DNA from: Hyphomicrobiales bacterium
Lineage (GTDB): Bacteria > Pseudomonadota > Alphaproteobacteria > Rhizobiales > GCA-2746425
Assembly (NCBI GenBank): GCA_045107035.1
Contig: JBGCFS010000044.1
Location: 7,622-71,621, forward strand
Reading direction: 5' to 3'
DNA length: 64,000 nt
Shown here: positions 1 to 9,565 of the stretch, one piece after another
Layout of the letters: each line of letters opens with the position of its first letter
Numbering within the stretch: the stretch's first letter is position 1
Notes under the pieces: model-generated
The model's input: the letters and a program-made list of their open reading frames with translations, nothing else
Told to the model about the DNA's origin: nothing
Database searches by the model: none
Program-made: the position numbers and the translations under genes

Positions 1-1303
1 CATTCGAAAGATCTGAAGCTGCGCGGTGCATGCTGTCGATCAAACCAACGCGTTGAAGATAGTACTCTACAACGTCATTACGCTCGGCCTTGCTGGCATT
101 TGGGTAAACACGATCTACACCCAATGCTACATTTTCATAGGCAGTAAGCCATGGCATTAGGGATGGCGCCTGGAAAACCACGGCACGGTCAGGGCCCGCC
201 TCTGTGATGTGATGGCCATCCAGAATTATCGCGCCTTCGGTTATTGGATTTAGGCCTGCCACCATGGAAAGAACGGTGGATTTCCCGCAACCTGAGTGAC
301 CAATCAAGGTTGTAAACTCACCCTTTTTCATAGTCATCTCAAAGCCGTCCACCACTGTGAGTGGACCCTTTGGCGTAGGGTAAACTTTTTTAAGCTGGCT
401 AAACTCCAGAAAGCGATCTTGCTTAAGAGCTGCTGACGCTGCGACATAGGCTTCAGGTAGTTTATCTTTTCCAAAAGATACTGGCACAACGTTCGGCAAG
501 CTGATTTCACGTTCGTCGGCGGCACCCCGCTGTGCACCTACTTCCATGAGGTAGCTTGTTATTTCTCCGCGCAGGCGAATGAAATCTTCATTGGAATTCA
601 TGTCAGCCCGGCTACGTGGACGAGCAATTTCTACTTTGAAATTTGGTCCCAGTGTCGCCTTTGGGCCAGGTGTAAGAGGGACAATGCGGTCCGCAAGCAG
701 AATGGCTTCATCGACATCATTGGTAATGAGAACAATTGTCTTTTTCTCTTTTTCGCAAATATCAGCGAACTCGTCTTGGAGTTTGGCCCGCGTCAACGCA
801 TCCAAAGCAGAGAGAGGCTCATCAAGTAACAAGACCTCAGGCTGCATGGCCAAGGCACGTGCAACAGCAACACGCTGGCGCATGCCGCCTGAAAGTTCAG
901 ACGGTTTACGATCCTTCGCATGCGTGAGACCCACCATATCAATGTATTTGTCGACAATTTGCTTGCGTTCAACTTTGGTTTTTTTGCCAAAAACACTATC
1001 GACTGCCAGTGCCACATTGCCAGCAACTGTCATCCAAGGCATCAAGGAATAAGATTGAAATACAACGCCGCGCTCTGCGCCGGGACCATCAATCTGGGTG
1101 CCTTTGAAGATAACACCACCCTCATCTGGCTGGATCAAACCAGCCAGCGTTGAAATGAGTGTTGTTTTGCCAGATCCGGAAAATCCGACAATGGCGATGA
1201 ATTCACCCTCTTCGACCTTTAGATTTATGTCATGCAATATTTCGGTCTTATTCGTGTCCTCACCGTAGGATTTCGACATCGATGAAATTTCAAGAAAGCT
1301 CAT
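1..1303 (-). CDS. nasD: Nitrate ABC transporter ATP-binding protein with two ABC domains; 3' end lies outside the window
   Basis: Absent from the ORF track because no stop occurs in the window. Manual translation from ATG at 1303: MSFLEISSMSKSYG...GEFIAIVGFSGSGKTT (Walker A 1), ITNDVDEAILLADRIV, then a second Walker A GEFTTLIGHSGCGKST; still open at position 1. Directly follows the nitrate permease. Confidence 0.9.
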   Translation of the reverse strand, partial: MSFLEISSMSKSYGEDTNKTEILHDINLKVEEGEFIAIVGFSGSGKTTLISTLAGLIQPDEGGVIFKGTQIDGPGAERGVVFQSYSLMPWMTVAGNVALAVDSVFGKKTKVERKQIVDKYIDMVGLTHAKDRKPSELSGGMRQRVAVARALAMQPEVLLLDEPLSALDALTRAKLQDEFADICEKEKKTIVLITNDVDEAILLADRIVPLTPGPKATLGPNFKVEIARPRSRADMNSNEDFIRLRGEITSYLMEVGAQRGAADEREISLPNVVPVSFGKDKLPEAYVAASAALKQDRFLEFSQLKKVYPTPKGPLTVVDGFEMTMKKGEFTTLIGHSGCGKSTVLSMVAGLNPITEGAIILDGHHITEAGPDRAVVFQAPSLMPWLTAYENVALGVDRVYPNASKAERNDVVEYYLQRVGLIDSMHRAASDLSN

Positions 1304-1312
1304 CACTTGGTC

Positions 1313-2380
1313 CTATCGGTTGGCGGAAAATGTGAATGCGCGCTGCAAGGCGAACATCAAGCGATCAAGCATGAAGCCGATGATCCCAATTGTCAGAACA
1401 GCAACCATAATTTTTGCAAGAGAACGCGACGAACCGTTTTGGAATTCATCCCAGACGAATTTACCGAGGCCCGGGTTTTGGGCCAGCATTTCAGCCGCTA
1501 TCAAAACCATCCAGCCCACACCCAGAGACAAACGAAGCCCTGTAAAGATAAGTGGCAATGACGATGGCAAAACCACTTGCGTGATTGTCTTTGATGTTGA
1601 CAGCTGAAGTACCCGGCCAACATTCATCAGGTCCTTGTCAACAGACGCGACCCCAAGAGCTGTGTTTATGAGCGTCGGCCACATAGAACAAAGCGTTACG
1701 GTAACAGCAGAAATAAGAAGAGATTTTGGCATCCAATCATAGGGTGCTGCATAAGTAGCGGAAACAATCATGGTGACAATCGGAAGCCAAGCAAGTGGCG
1801 ACACCGGTTTGAATATTTGGATCAACGGATTGATTGCGCCGTTGAAATTTCGCGAAAGCCCGGAGGCAATACCCAGCGGAACCGCAATAATGGTCGCAAT
1901 CAAGAAACCCAAACCCACCGTAAAGAGCGACGTAACAATTTGGTCAAAGTAGGTTGGTTTTCCTGTATAAGAGCGAAATTTGGGCGGCTTACCAGCAGCT
2001 TCGAGTTTGGCGTTGCGCTCGTCCTGTCGTGTGTAAAATGCGTCTGCTTTTTCACGTTCGCGCACATGGTCATCCCACAGATTTCCCACTTGCTCCCAAA
2101 CCTGTGCCGGCCCGGGAACAGCTCCCAATGAGGTCTGAACCTTTGGCGCCAAAATGCCCCAGGCCAATAAGAATGCCAGAATTCCCAGAAGCGGAATCAG
2201 CAGGACACGGCGCAATTCGCCCAATTGTTCTTTGGGGCTGTCGCCCGCGATCATGCGCAAGATTGGCACGAGCCAAGAAAAACCAAGGGCGTCGAGCCAT
2301 CCACTGGCTTTTGTGATAGCTGAGAAAACCTTTTCACGGCCTTTGGTGTTAATCGGCGCCGTATCTATGACATCAGCCAT
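1313..2380 (-). CDS. nasE: Nitrate/nitrite ABC transporter permease (NrtB/NasE family)
   Basis: 355 aa, multi-TM; FKPVSPLAWLP, LRLSLGVGWMVLIAAEML and GLGKFVWDEFQNG are typical of NrtB. Confidence 0.9.
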   Translation of the reverse strand: MADVIDTAPINTKGREKVFSAITKASGWLDALGFSWLVPILRMIAGDSPKEQLGELRRVLLIPLLGILAFLLAWGILAPKVQTSLGAVPGPAQVWEQVGNLWDDHVREREKADAFYTRQDERNAKLEAAGKPPKFRSYTGKPTYFDQIVTSLFTVGLGFLIATIIAVPLGIASGLSRNFNGAINPLIQIFKPVSPLAWLPIVTMIVSATYAAPYDWMPKSLLISAVTVTLCSMWPTLINTALGVASVDKDLMNVGRVLQLSTSKTITQVVLPSSLPLIFTGLRLSLGVGWMVLIAAEMLAQNPGLGKFVWDEFQNGSSRSLAKIMVAVLTIGIIGFMLDRLMFALQRAFTFSANR

Positions 2381-2455
2381 TTTTAGATCCTTTGATCAGA
2401 ATTACCATTTGACGGAGCGCAGCAACTCGCGCTCCGTCATTTTTTCGGGAAAGAG

Positions 2456-3835
2456 TTAACCGCCGGCGACCTCATCGCCTTTGAGACCAATTTTCAGAGA
2501 ATTCAGATAGTCATTTGGAGATTTGCCATCGTAGCCAATGCCATCAATGATATCTTCTGCAGGCGTGGGAGCGCGGTATCCATCACTATCCCAAGGGAAA
2601 TCTGCTTCTGCGACATGCCCCTCTTCCACCAGCATGCGGGCTGCTTTCAAATAGGTGTCTGGCAAGTAGACGGACTTCGCGGTCTCATCAAACCATGTAT
2701 CGGATTTGGCTTCCGAAATTTGACCCCAACGTCGCATTTGGGTCAGGTACCAAATTGCATCTGAGTAGTAAGGGTATGTCGCGAAATAACGATAGAAAAC
2801 ATTGAAATCTGGAACGTCGCGCTTATCGCCTTTCTCATACTCAAACGTACCGGTCATTGAGTTTGCAATTACTTCGGCGTCGGCACCCACATATTCGGAA
2901 CGTGCCAGAATTTCGACGGCTTCCATGCGATTTGCATTGTTGTCTTCATCGAGCCATTTGGCTGCGCGTATCAGCGCTTTCGTCAGTGCCAAAGTGGTGT
3001 TCGGGTTCTGCTCAGTGAATTCTTTAGTCAGTCCGAAAACTTTTTCAGGGTTGTTTTTCCAGATTTCATAATCGGTAATCACCGGGACACCGATACCTTT
3101 GAATACTGCGGCCTGATTCCACGGTTCACCCACGCAATAACCATCAATTGTTCCCGCTTCCAGCGTTGCGGGCATTTGTGGAGGAGGCGTTACTGACAAA
3201 AGCGCATCAGCTCCAATTTGGCCAGAAACGTCGTTTGGAGAATAAAAGCCTGGGTGAATGTCACCAGATGCCAACCAGTAGCGAAGCTCGTAATTATGTG
3301 TGGACACTGGGAAGACCATACCCATGTTGAATGGTCGCCCAGCCTCTTTGAAACCATCGACCACTTTCTTCAGCGCATCGGCTTTGATTGGATGAACTGG
3401 CTTCCCTTCACTGTCCATCTCAAGATGGGGCTTCATCAGATCCCACACTTCGTTGGAAACAGTGATGCCGTTTCCGTTCAAATCCATTGAAAATGGTGTG
3501 ACAATATGCGCTTTGGTTCCAAAACCGATAGTGGCAGCAAGAGGCTGCCCCGCCAACATATGCGCACCATCAAGTTCGCCAGTGATTACGCGATCCAGCA
3601 AAACCTTCCAGTTTGCTTGTGGTTCAAGCGTTACGAAAAGACCTTCGTCTTCAAAATATCCTTTCTCATATGCTATGGCGAGCGGCGCCATATCTGTTAG
3701 TTTGATGAAGCCAAATTTCAATTCATCTTTTTCGACATCCAACATTTCTGCTGAGCCGGATGAAACCGCCGTTGCTGATGCAAGTGCGAATGCGGCGACC
3801 GCCAATGCTGAACGTCGCGTAAATTTTATTCCCAT
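2456..3835 (-). CDS. nasF: Nitrate ABC transporter substrate-binding protein (CmpA/NrtA family)
   Basis: 459 aa; RR-containing signal; [40 protein letters not shown]. Confidence 0.92.
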   Translation of the reverse strand: MGIKFTRRSALAVAAFALASATAVSSGSAEMLDVEKDELKFGFIKLTDMAPLAIAYEKGYFEDEGLFVTLEPQANWKVLLDRVITGELDGAHMLAGQPLAATIGFGTKAHIVTPFSMDLNGNGITVSNEVWDLMKPHLEMDSEGKPVHPIKADALKKVVDGFKEAGRPFNMGMVFPVSTHNYELRYWLASGDIHPGFYSPNDVSGQIGADALLSVTPPPQMPATLEAGTIDGYCVGEPWNQAAVFKGIGVPVITDYEIWKNNPEKVFGLTKEFTEQNPNTTLALTKALIRAAKWLDEDNNANRMEAVEILARSEYVGADAEVIANSMTGTFEYEKGDKRDVPDFNVFYRYFATYPYYSDAIWYLTQMRRWGQISEAKSDTWFDETAKSVYLPDTYLKAARMLVEEGHVAEADFPWDSDGYRAPTPAEDIIDGIGYDGKSPNDYLNSLKIGLKGDEVAGG

Positions 3836-3866
3836 TGCCTATCTCCTGTTTGTGGATTTTCCACAT

Positions 3867-3924
3867 AAAAAAACCGCCAAGCCAATTAGCCCGCGGGAGG
3901 ATGCAGGTTTCATTGGTTTGGCGG
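3867..3924 (-). terminator. Intrinsic terminator (attenuator) in the nasF leader
   Basis: Minus strand CCGCCAAACCAAT (3924-3912) pairs with ATTGGCTTGGCGG (3886-3874) with one mismatch, followed by T7 (3873-3867), about 30 nt before the nasF ATG. Confidence 0.8.
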
Positions 3925-3955
3925 CTATGCCTATTGTGGGCCCGTCATTGGACCC
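3867..3955 (-). ncRNA. ANTAR (NasT)-binding dual-hairpin cis-regulatory RNA overlapping the terminator
   Basis: P1 GGGTCC-AATGAC-GGGCCC (3955-3938) and P2 GGC-ATAGCC-GCC (3931-3920). Both have hexaloops with A1 and G4, the ANTAR-target pattern. P2 overlaps the 5' arm of the terminator. nasT lies upstream. Confidence 0.8.
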
Positions 3956-3987
3956 CATTTTCAGCTTTGAATAGCTAATCTTTACTT

Positions 3988-4004
3988 TGCATTTAGCGTG
4001 CCAG
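3988..4004 (-). promoter_or_regulatory. sigma54 (-24/-12) promoter for nasFED
   Basis: Minus strand CTGGCACGCTAAATGCA: GG-N10-GC spacing with a TGGCACG -24 element. Confidence 0.75.
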
Positions 4005-4077
4005 TTTTCAGAAATAATTTATATTATTTAAAAACAATGGCTTACGAAATTATTCCTGAAAACTTATAGAAACTTGA

Positions 4078-4125
4078 TGCATGAGTTTTGTGCGCAGCAG
4101 CATTTTCTTGATCAATATTTGTGCA
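4078..4125. promoter_or_regulatory. Two putative NtrC-like enhancer boxes
   Basis: TGCAT-N7-GTGCG (4078-4094) and TGATC-N7-GTGCA (4109-4125) resemble TGCAC-N7-GTGCA, are 31 bp apart and lie about 75-120 bp upstream of the sigma54 site. Confidence 0.45.
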
Positions 4126-4143
4126 AAATTGCGCATCGCACAA

Positions 4144-5361
4144 TTAATGTTTCGATTTTTGCGCCTCAATGTAACTTACGAACTCGTCAGGATCGAAAGT
4201 CTTGCCGTCGAAGAAGCCATCCGGGCCCAGAAATAATGATTGGGTTGAAACTCCAACAGCCACAGTCTGCTTAAGGGCACCTTCAACTTTGGAATTTGCC
4301 GCAGGCACAGGAATATCCATTTGAGATAATGCGGAACGATATATATCTGGACGATAACTAGAGCGGGCAAGCTCTGCTTTTTTAGCGCTGTGTTCGAAAT
4401 AGTCCCAACGCACCATTTGCGTGTAAAACCAAAGCGCATGACTTTGCCAAGGAAATGTAGCTGCGCGCGCATAGGGTTCGAAAAAGTTTGTTTCGCTGGT
4501 CGCCAGAACATCAGCGAGAATCGAGCTAGTCACTGCAGGCAATATCTGCCCGACCGGCCGGTCAAGATACTCAGGCTTCCCCAAAAGATCCGCCAATTCA
4601 TAATGATTGTTGCTGTCGCCGCACCACGCAGCTGACTTATAAAGAGCACGTATCAATGCGCATAACGTGTTGTGATTATCGCTCGCCCAATCATCACGCA
4701 CAGCCAATACTTTTTCGGGGCTGGACGCCCAAATTGCAGACTTTGTTGTTATCAACATGCCTGCGTTTTTTGATACAGCAACCGAATTCCATGGCTCACC
4801 AACGCAAAACCCATCAATCTGGCCTGATAGCAATGCATCTGGCATGAATGGTGGTGGAAGTATGACAATTTCGACATCCTTATCAGGCTGAATACCAGAC
4901 GCGGAAAGCCAATAACGCAGTTCAAAATTATGTCCTGAAAAAGGATGGACCACACCAAATTGTAGAGGCCTTTTACCTTCTTCTTCTCGTTGCTTGATGA
5001 CACCTGATAATGCCAACCCAGCAGATTTTGCATCAATGATATCAAATGCATGCGCTTCACGCATGGCATTGCCAAGTCCAACGCTCACTGTAATAGCGTT
5101 ACCACCAAGGCCCAGCGCCATAGGTGCAATCAGCTTAGTATTAAACGGCGTTAGTCCGAGATTTGCTGCAATTGGCATCGGCGCCAGTGCATGAGCGATT
5201 TCAAACTGGCCAATTGCCAGCCTGTCGCGCACATTTGCCCACGAAGATTCACGCATCAAATTTAAAGCGATGCCTTCATCCTCCGCAAAGCCCCTTTCCT
5301 TTGCGACAATCAAGATTGCACTATCAGTCAGAGGAAGGAACCCTGCGTTAAGTTCAATCAT
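4144..5361 (-). CDS. nasS: Nitrate/nitrite sensor NasS (CmpA/NrtA-like, no signal peptide)
   Basis: 405 aa NrtA paralogue lacking a signal peptide (GFLPLTDSA, SGHNFELRYWL, GFCVGEPWN); overlaps the nasT stop. Confidence 0.88.
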   Translation of the reverse strand: MIELNAGFLPLTDSAILIVAKERGFAEDEGIALNLMRESSWANVRDRLAIGQFEIAHALAPMPIAANLGLTPFNTKLIAPMALGLGGNAITVSVGLGNAMREAHAFDIIDAKSAGLALSGVIKQREEEGKRPLQFGVVHPFSGHNFELRYWLSASGIQPDKDVEIVILPPPFMPDALLSGQIDGFCVGEPWNSVAVSKNAGMLITTKSAIWASSPEKVLAVRDDWASDNHNTLCALIRALYKSAAWCGDSNNHYELADLLGKPEYLDRPVGQILPAVTSSILADVLATSETNFFEPYARAATFPWQSHALWFYTQMVRWDYFEHSAKKAELARSSYRPDIYRSALSQMDIPVPAANSKVEGALKQTVAVGVSTQSLFLGPDGFFDGKTFDPDEFVSYIEAQKSKH

Positions 5362-5953
5362 TGTCGCCTCCCAGAAGGTTTGCCGACATAACCAGGCTTT
5401 CGGCGACTTCGACTATTTTTCGGTTCTGACTCATCGCCGTTTTGCGAAGCAATTTATAGGCCGAATTTTCATCCATGCCACGTGATTTCATAATTAGGCC
5501 TTTGGCTTGATCGATGATTTTACGGCCCTCCAATGCACCACGCGCTTCTTCCAACTCCCGTTCAAGACGCGCGAAAGCGTTGAACCTTGTAATGGCCATA
5601 TCGAGGATAGATTTCACACGTTCTTGACGGAGGCCATCGACCACATATGCCGATACGCCAGACTCTATTGCTGACTGCATGGTCTGATTGTCAGATCTAT
5701 CCACAAACATAGCAATCGGGCGTTTAACCGCACGCGACAGCTGAAACACATTTTCAAGCATGTCCCGATTTGGGTTCTCCAGATCGATAACAATCACATC
5801 GGGTTCAAGCGCAACAATTCTTGCTGCAATACCATGCATTTCGTTGATTGTGGTCACGCGGTCATGGCCGGCAGCGGTCAAACCGGCTTCAATAATTGAA
5901 GCCCGCGTGTTGTTTTCATCAATGATCAGTACGGAGGGGAAGCGTTCGGTCAT
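5354..5953 (-). CDS. nasT: ANTAR-domain response regulator NasT
   Basis: Receiver-like N-terminus (PDVIVIDLENPNRD) plus ANTAR domain (RKIIDQAKGLIM...AYKLLRKTAMSQNRKI). Start placed at ATG 5953 (MTERF) rather than 6025, based on family length. Confidence 0.9.
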   Translation of the reverse strand: MTERFPSVLIIDENNTRASIIEAGLTAAGHDRVTTINEMHGIAARIVALEPDVIVIDLENPNRDMLENVFQLSRAVKRPIAMFVDRSDNQTMQSAIESGVSAYVVDGLRQERVKSILDMAITRFNAFARLERELEEARGALEGRKIIDQAKGLIMKSRGMDENSAYKLLRKTAMSQNRKIVEVAESLVMSANLLGGDND

Positions 5954-6507
5954 GTCCAATTTTTGCGCAATTTTAAATATTGTGCAATGCACAAATTTTG
6001 ATAAATTACCTGCTACACCAAACATTCAACTCTAATTTGTCAAACTATTAGGAGTTCCCTTCAACGGCAATACTTAGAGATCAGTTTTCGGTTTTACTGT
6101 TTCCTGGGAGTTGGCACGAAAACCTTCCTGCGTGACTATCTAGAGGCACCTAGCGTGATATGAAAAGCCTCAAGAGGCCAAAGAAGCTGCCTCTTTGCAC
6201 ATATTTCCATGAGTTAAATCCGGGGGAATTGTCTTATTGCAGTGTCAAACTGGGAATAAAATTCTTTGAGCGCGCGCTATATACCCTTCGCAACTATATA
6301 GAAATGTTTATCGGAACTTGCCGTTGATCCAACCCAATATAAAAGTTGTGTTAATCGCCTTTTGCTCATTCCTATCAAATAGTGTTTCACCTACGACAAC
6401 ACGCCGTGGCGATTTTTTTGCTGCCAATCTCACCGCAAATTCTGGTGCTTGTAGTATTCAATTTCTCAGAATTTCTTCCAAGACTTCAAAGTTTCGCCCA
6501 CCTTGAC

Positions 6508-7842
6508 TTACCGCTCAGGTATTAGGCCCTTTGGCGCAAAGCGAAGGGCAAGTACCAGAATAAGACCCATGAGAACTGGGCGAAGATGCGGTGCCGCCTC
6601 TACAAGGTTACCGCGTATGGAGCTGTCTTCCGGCAAAAGGCCAGACAGGCCATTCATGAGCGCGAAACCTGCGGATTCAGACTGGACCCAAACGAACCAG
6701 ATGAGGAAACCACCCAGCACCGAACCCATATTGTTGCCCGATCCGCCAACGATCACCATGACCCAGATGAGGAATGTGAAACGCAGGGGTAGATAGGAAC
6801 CCGGTGTAAACTGGCCATCCAGTGTCACAAGCATGGCGCCTGCAATACCACAAATGGCTGAACCCAGAACAAAGACCTGCAAGTGCCTGCGCTTGACATC
6901 CTTGCCCATTGCAGCGGCTGCATCTGGTTGATCGCGGATAGCGCGCATCATACGACCCCAGGGAGAATAAAGTGCTTTTTCAGACAGGTAGACCAGCACA
7001 ATCAGCACGATTGCAAACAACGCAATGAAAGCAAGTTTGACCGCAATGCTGGCCAGGGCCATAGGGTCCATGCCCCAGTTCTGCGCAAGCTCTAGAAATG
7101 CAGGGTCTGCTTGCAGATCGATCTCATAGGGAACTGGACGTGGCAGGTTGGTGACGTTTTTTACGCCGCGGACTAGCCAATCTTCGTTCTTAATGACAGC
7201 TAGAATGATTTCAGCAATGCCAAGTGTCGCGATTGCCAGATAATCTGACCGCAGGCCAATGGCAATCTTGCCGATGATCCAAGCTGCACCGGCGGCCAAC
7301 AAACCGCCAACAAGCCAGCCGAAAAGGATGGAGATACCCATACCGCCCAGATAACCGGTTTGTGCAGGGTTCACAGCTTCAATAGCTTCTGTTGCCGGAC
7401 CGAAGGCACCCGCGAACAAAAGATACCCTATGATCAGAACCAAGGCAGTGGCGAGAAAACAAACCAAACCGTTTAGCTTGGCACGTACCAAAACAACCGC
7501 TGCAATAGTTGCGCCAATAATAAGCAACGAGAGAGCAATGCCAACTCCACCCGCTGACCATGCCTCCGCCACCGGATCAGCGGCGACCAGAACAGCTGCA
7601 ACCCCGCCAAGCGCAGCGAAGCCCATAGTTCCCGCATTGAACAATCCGGCATAGCCCCACTGCACGTTCACACCTAATGCCATTATGGCGGAGATCATGC
7701 AGAGCTGCACGATCGTCAGTGCAAATAGCCAGCTTTGCGCAAAGCCAGTAAACGCAAGAAGCGCTACCATGACCGCAATCAGAAACCATGGTTGACGCAA
7801 AAGAGTGGTCTTCGTTGGTGAGGTGGCTGTTGAACCGCTCAT
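6508..7842 (-). CDS. livM: Branched-chain amino acid ABC transporter permease (LivM-like)
   Basis: GYAGLFNAG, LRSDYLAIATLGIAEI, SPWGRMMRAIRD, VIVGGSGN. Confidence 0.85.
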   Translation of the reverse strand: MSGSTATSPTKTTLLRQPWFLIAVMVALLAFTGFAQSWLFALTIVQLCMISAIMALGVNVQWGYAGLFNAGTMGFAALGGVAAVLVAADPVAEAWSAGGVGIALSLLIIGATIAAVVLVRAKLNGLVCFLATALVLIIGYLLFAGAFGPATEAIEAVNPAQTGYLGGMGISILFGWLVGGLLAAGAAWIIGKIAIGLRSDYLAIATLGIAEIILAVIKNEDWLVRGVKNVTNLPRPVPYEIDLQADPAFLELAQNWGMDPMALASIAVKLAFIALFAIVLIVLVYLSEKALYSPWGRMMRAIRDQPDAAAAMGKDVKRRHLQVFVLGSAICGIAGAMLVTLDGQFTPGSYLPLRFTFLIWVMVIVGGSGNNMGSVLGGFLIWFVWVQSESAGFALMNGLSGLLPEDSSIRGNLVEAAPHLRPVLMGLILVLALRFAPKGLIPER

Positions 7843-8852
7843 AGCACACGTCCCTTAAAAATACCGGTGGGGCGTATAAGCAGCACAATGACTAAAAGAA
7901 TGAAGGAAATCGCAAACTTATATTCGGTTTGAATTAATTGCGCGAGGCCCGCAACTTCAAAGCCCTCTGGCCCGATGTATTCGAACACACGTCTATAAGC
8001 GTAAGTCAGCGAAACCTCCGAAAAGGCAATCACAAACCCTCCGACAACTGCGCCAATAGGCTGGCCTATGCCTCCTAGAATAGCGGCTGCAAACATGGGT
8101 AGCAGCAATTGGAAATAGGTGAATGGGCGGAAGCCTTTGTCCAAGCCGTATAGCACGCCTCCAATGGTGGCCAGCGTTGCTGCAATGATCCACGTGACTT
8201 GCACCACGCGCTCCGGCTTGATGCCTGAAAGCAATGCTAGATCTTCATTATCAGAAAAAGCGCGCATGCTCTTGCCTGTGCGTGTTTTCTGTAAAAACCA
8301 GAACAGAGCGATCATAACCGCGACCGCCACCACGATGGTGATCACCTGAGATGTACGCAAGGCCAAGCCTTCATCGAGCCCGGTCATTTCCTTGAACTCA
8401 CGAGCCCGGATAATGAAGCGGGAACCATCAGCAAACGAAATACTACTGGTACCAATCAAAATGCGCACCAAGCCATTCATCATGAACATCACGCCCACCG
8501 ACGCCATGACAAGAATAATGGGATCGACCTTCTTATTGCGGTAGAATCGGTAGATTACTTTGTCGATACCCAGCACCAGACCAATCGTGATCGCAATTGC
8601 CACTGGCAGGGAAATCAACGCGACCGGCAGTGGCCCAAGCGAGAGACCCAGGGCCTGCAGGCCCCAGGTGCAAAAAATGGCGATCATTGTGCCGAATGCC
8701 ATCGTATCGCCATGGGCGAAATTGGCAAAGCGCAGAATGGAAAACACCAGCGTAATGCCCAATGCACCAAGCGCGAGTTGTGCGCCATACGTTACAGACG
8801 GGATGAGAACGAAGTTTGAAAGGAGTACGAAAGCGTTAGCGAAATCTTGCAT
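7839..8852 (-). CDS. livH: Branched-chain amino acid ABC transporter permease (LivH-like)
   Basis: LGITLVFSILRFANFAHGD, TRTGKSMRAFSDNEDLALLSGI, AAILGGIG. Confidence 0.85.
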   Translation of the reverse strand: MQDFANAFVLLSNFVLIPSVTYGAQLALGALGITLVFSILRFANFAHGDTMAFGTMIAIFCTWGLQALGLSLGPLPVALISLPVAIAITIGLVLGIDKVIYRFYRNKKVDPIILVMASVGVMFMMNGLVRILIGTSSISFADGSRFIIRAREFKEMTGLDEGLALRTSQVITIVVAVAVMIALFWFLQKTRTGKSMRAFSDNEDLALLSGIKPERVVQVTWIIAATLATIGGVLYGLDKGFRPFTYFQLLLPMFAAAILGGIGQPIGAVVGGFVIAFSEVSLTYAYRRVFEYIGPEGFEVAGLAQLIQTEYKFAISFILLVIVLLIRPTGIFKGRVL

Positions 8853-9565
8853 CAGCTTTGGTCCCCGCCAAGGAATGTGGCCCGCACTTCTTTGTCGGCC
8901 AACAGCGCTTCCCCGGTATCTGTAAAGCGGTTCTGACCTTCCACCAAAACATAGCCGGTGTCGGCGATTTCCAGTGCTTGGCGGGCATTCTGTTCAACCA
9001 TCAAAATTGCAACGCCAGTTTTGGCGATCTCTAATATCCGATCAAACAACTCATCCATCACAATTGGTGAAACGCCAGCGGTAGGCTCATCAAGGATCAA
9101 CAGCGTTGGCTCGGTCATCATGGCCCGACCGACGGCAACTTGCTGACGCTGTCCTCCAGATAACTCACCTGCATGCTGGTAGCGTTTGTCTTTGACAGCG
9201 GGAAAAAGTTCATAAACTTTATCGATCACATCGGCGCCACCATCATCACGAAGGAATGCGCCCATTTGTAAATTTTCTTCAACAGTCATGCCAGGAAAGA
9301 CATTGTTGGTTTGCGGCACCATGCCCATGCCAGCTTCTACACGCTCTTGCGGCGCCAGGTTTTTGATAGATTTTCCTTCGAAGGTTACATCGCCTTCACG
9401 TAAATTCATCATTCCGAAAATGGCCTTAATGGCTGTAGACTTGCCTGCGCCATTTGGCCCAACGATCACTGCGACCTCACCCTTGTCACAGGTGATAGTG
9501 CAGCCCTTCAAAATGTCAGCTGCGCCATAACCGCCGCGCATGTCAGTGGCTTGGAGTAGGCTCAT
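8852..9565 (-). CDS. livF: ABC transporter ATP-binding protein (LivF-like)
   Basis: GPNGAGKST, LSGGQRQQVA, LLILDEPTAG, ILMVEQNA. Confidence 0.88.
   Translation of the reverse strand: MSLLQATDMRGGYGAADILKGCTITCDKGEVAVIVGPNGAGKSTAIKAIFGMMNLREGDVTFEGKSIKNLAPQERVEAGMGMVPQTNNVFPGMTVEENLQMGAFLRDDGGADVIDKVYELFPAVKDKRYQHAGELSGGQRQQVAVGRAMMTEPTLLILDEPTAGVSPIVMDELFDRILEIAKTGVAILMVEQNARQALEIADTGYVLVEGQNRFTDTGEALLADKEVRATFLGGDQS

Noticed and set aside
6111-6130. sigma54-like TTGGCACG on the plus strand
   Set aside because: No GC at the -12 position (GG-N10-TT) and no plus-strand gene downstream.
6040-6500. Degenerate minus-strand reading frames between livM and nasT (e.g. ILQAPEFAVRL...VVVGETLFD)
   Set aside because: Several stops and no family I can recognise; could be a remnant, but not supportable without blastx.
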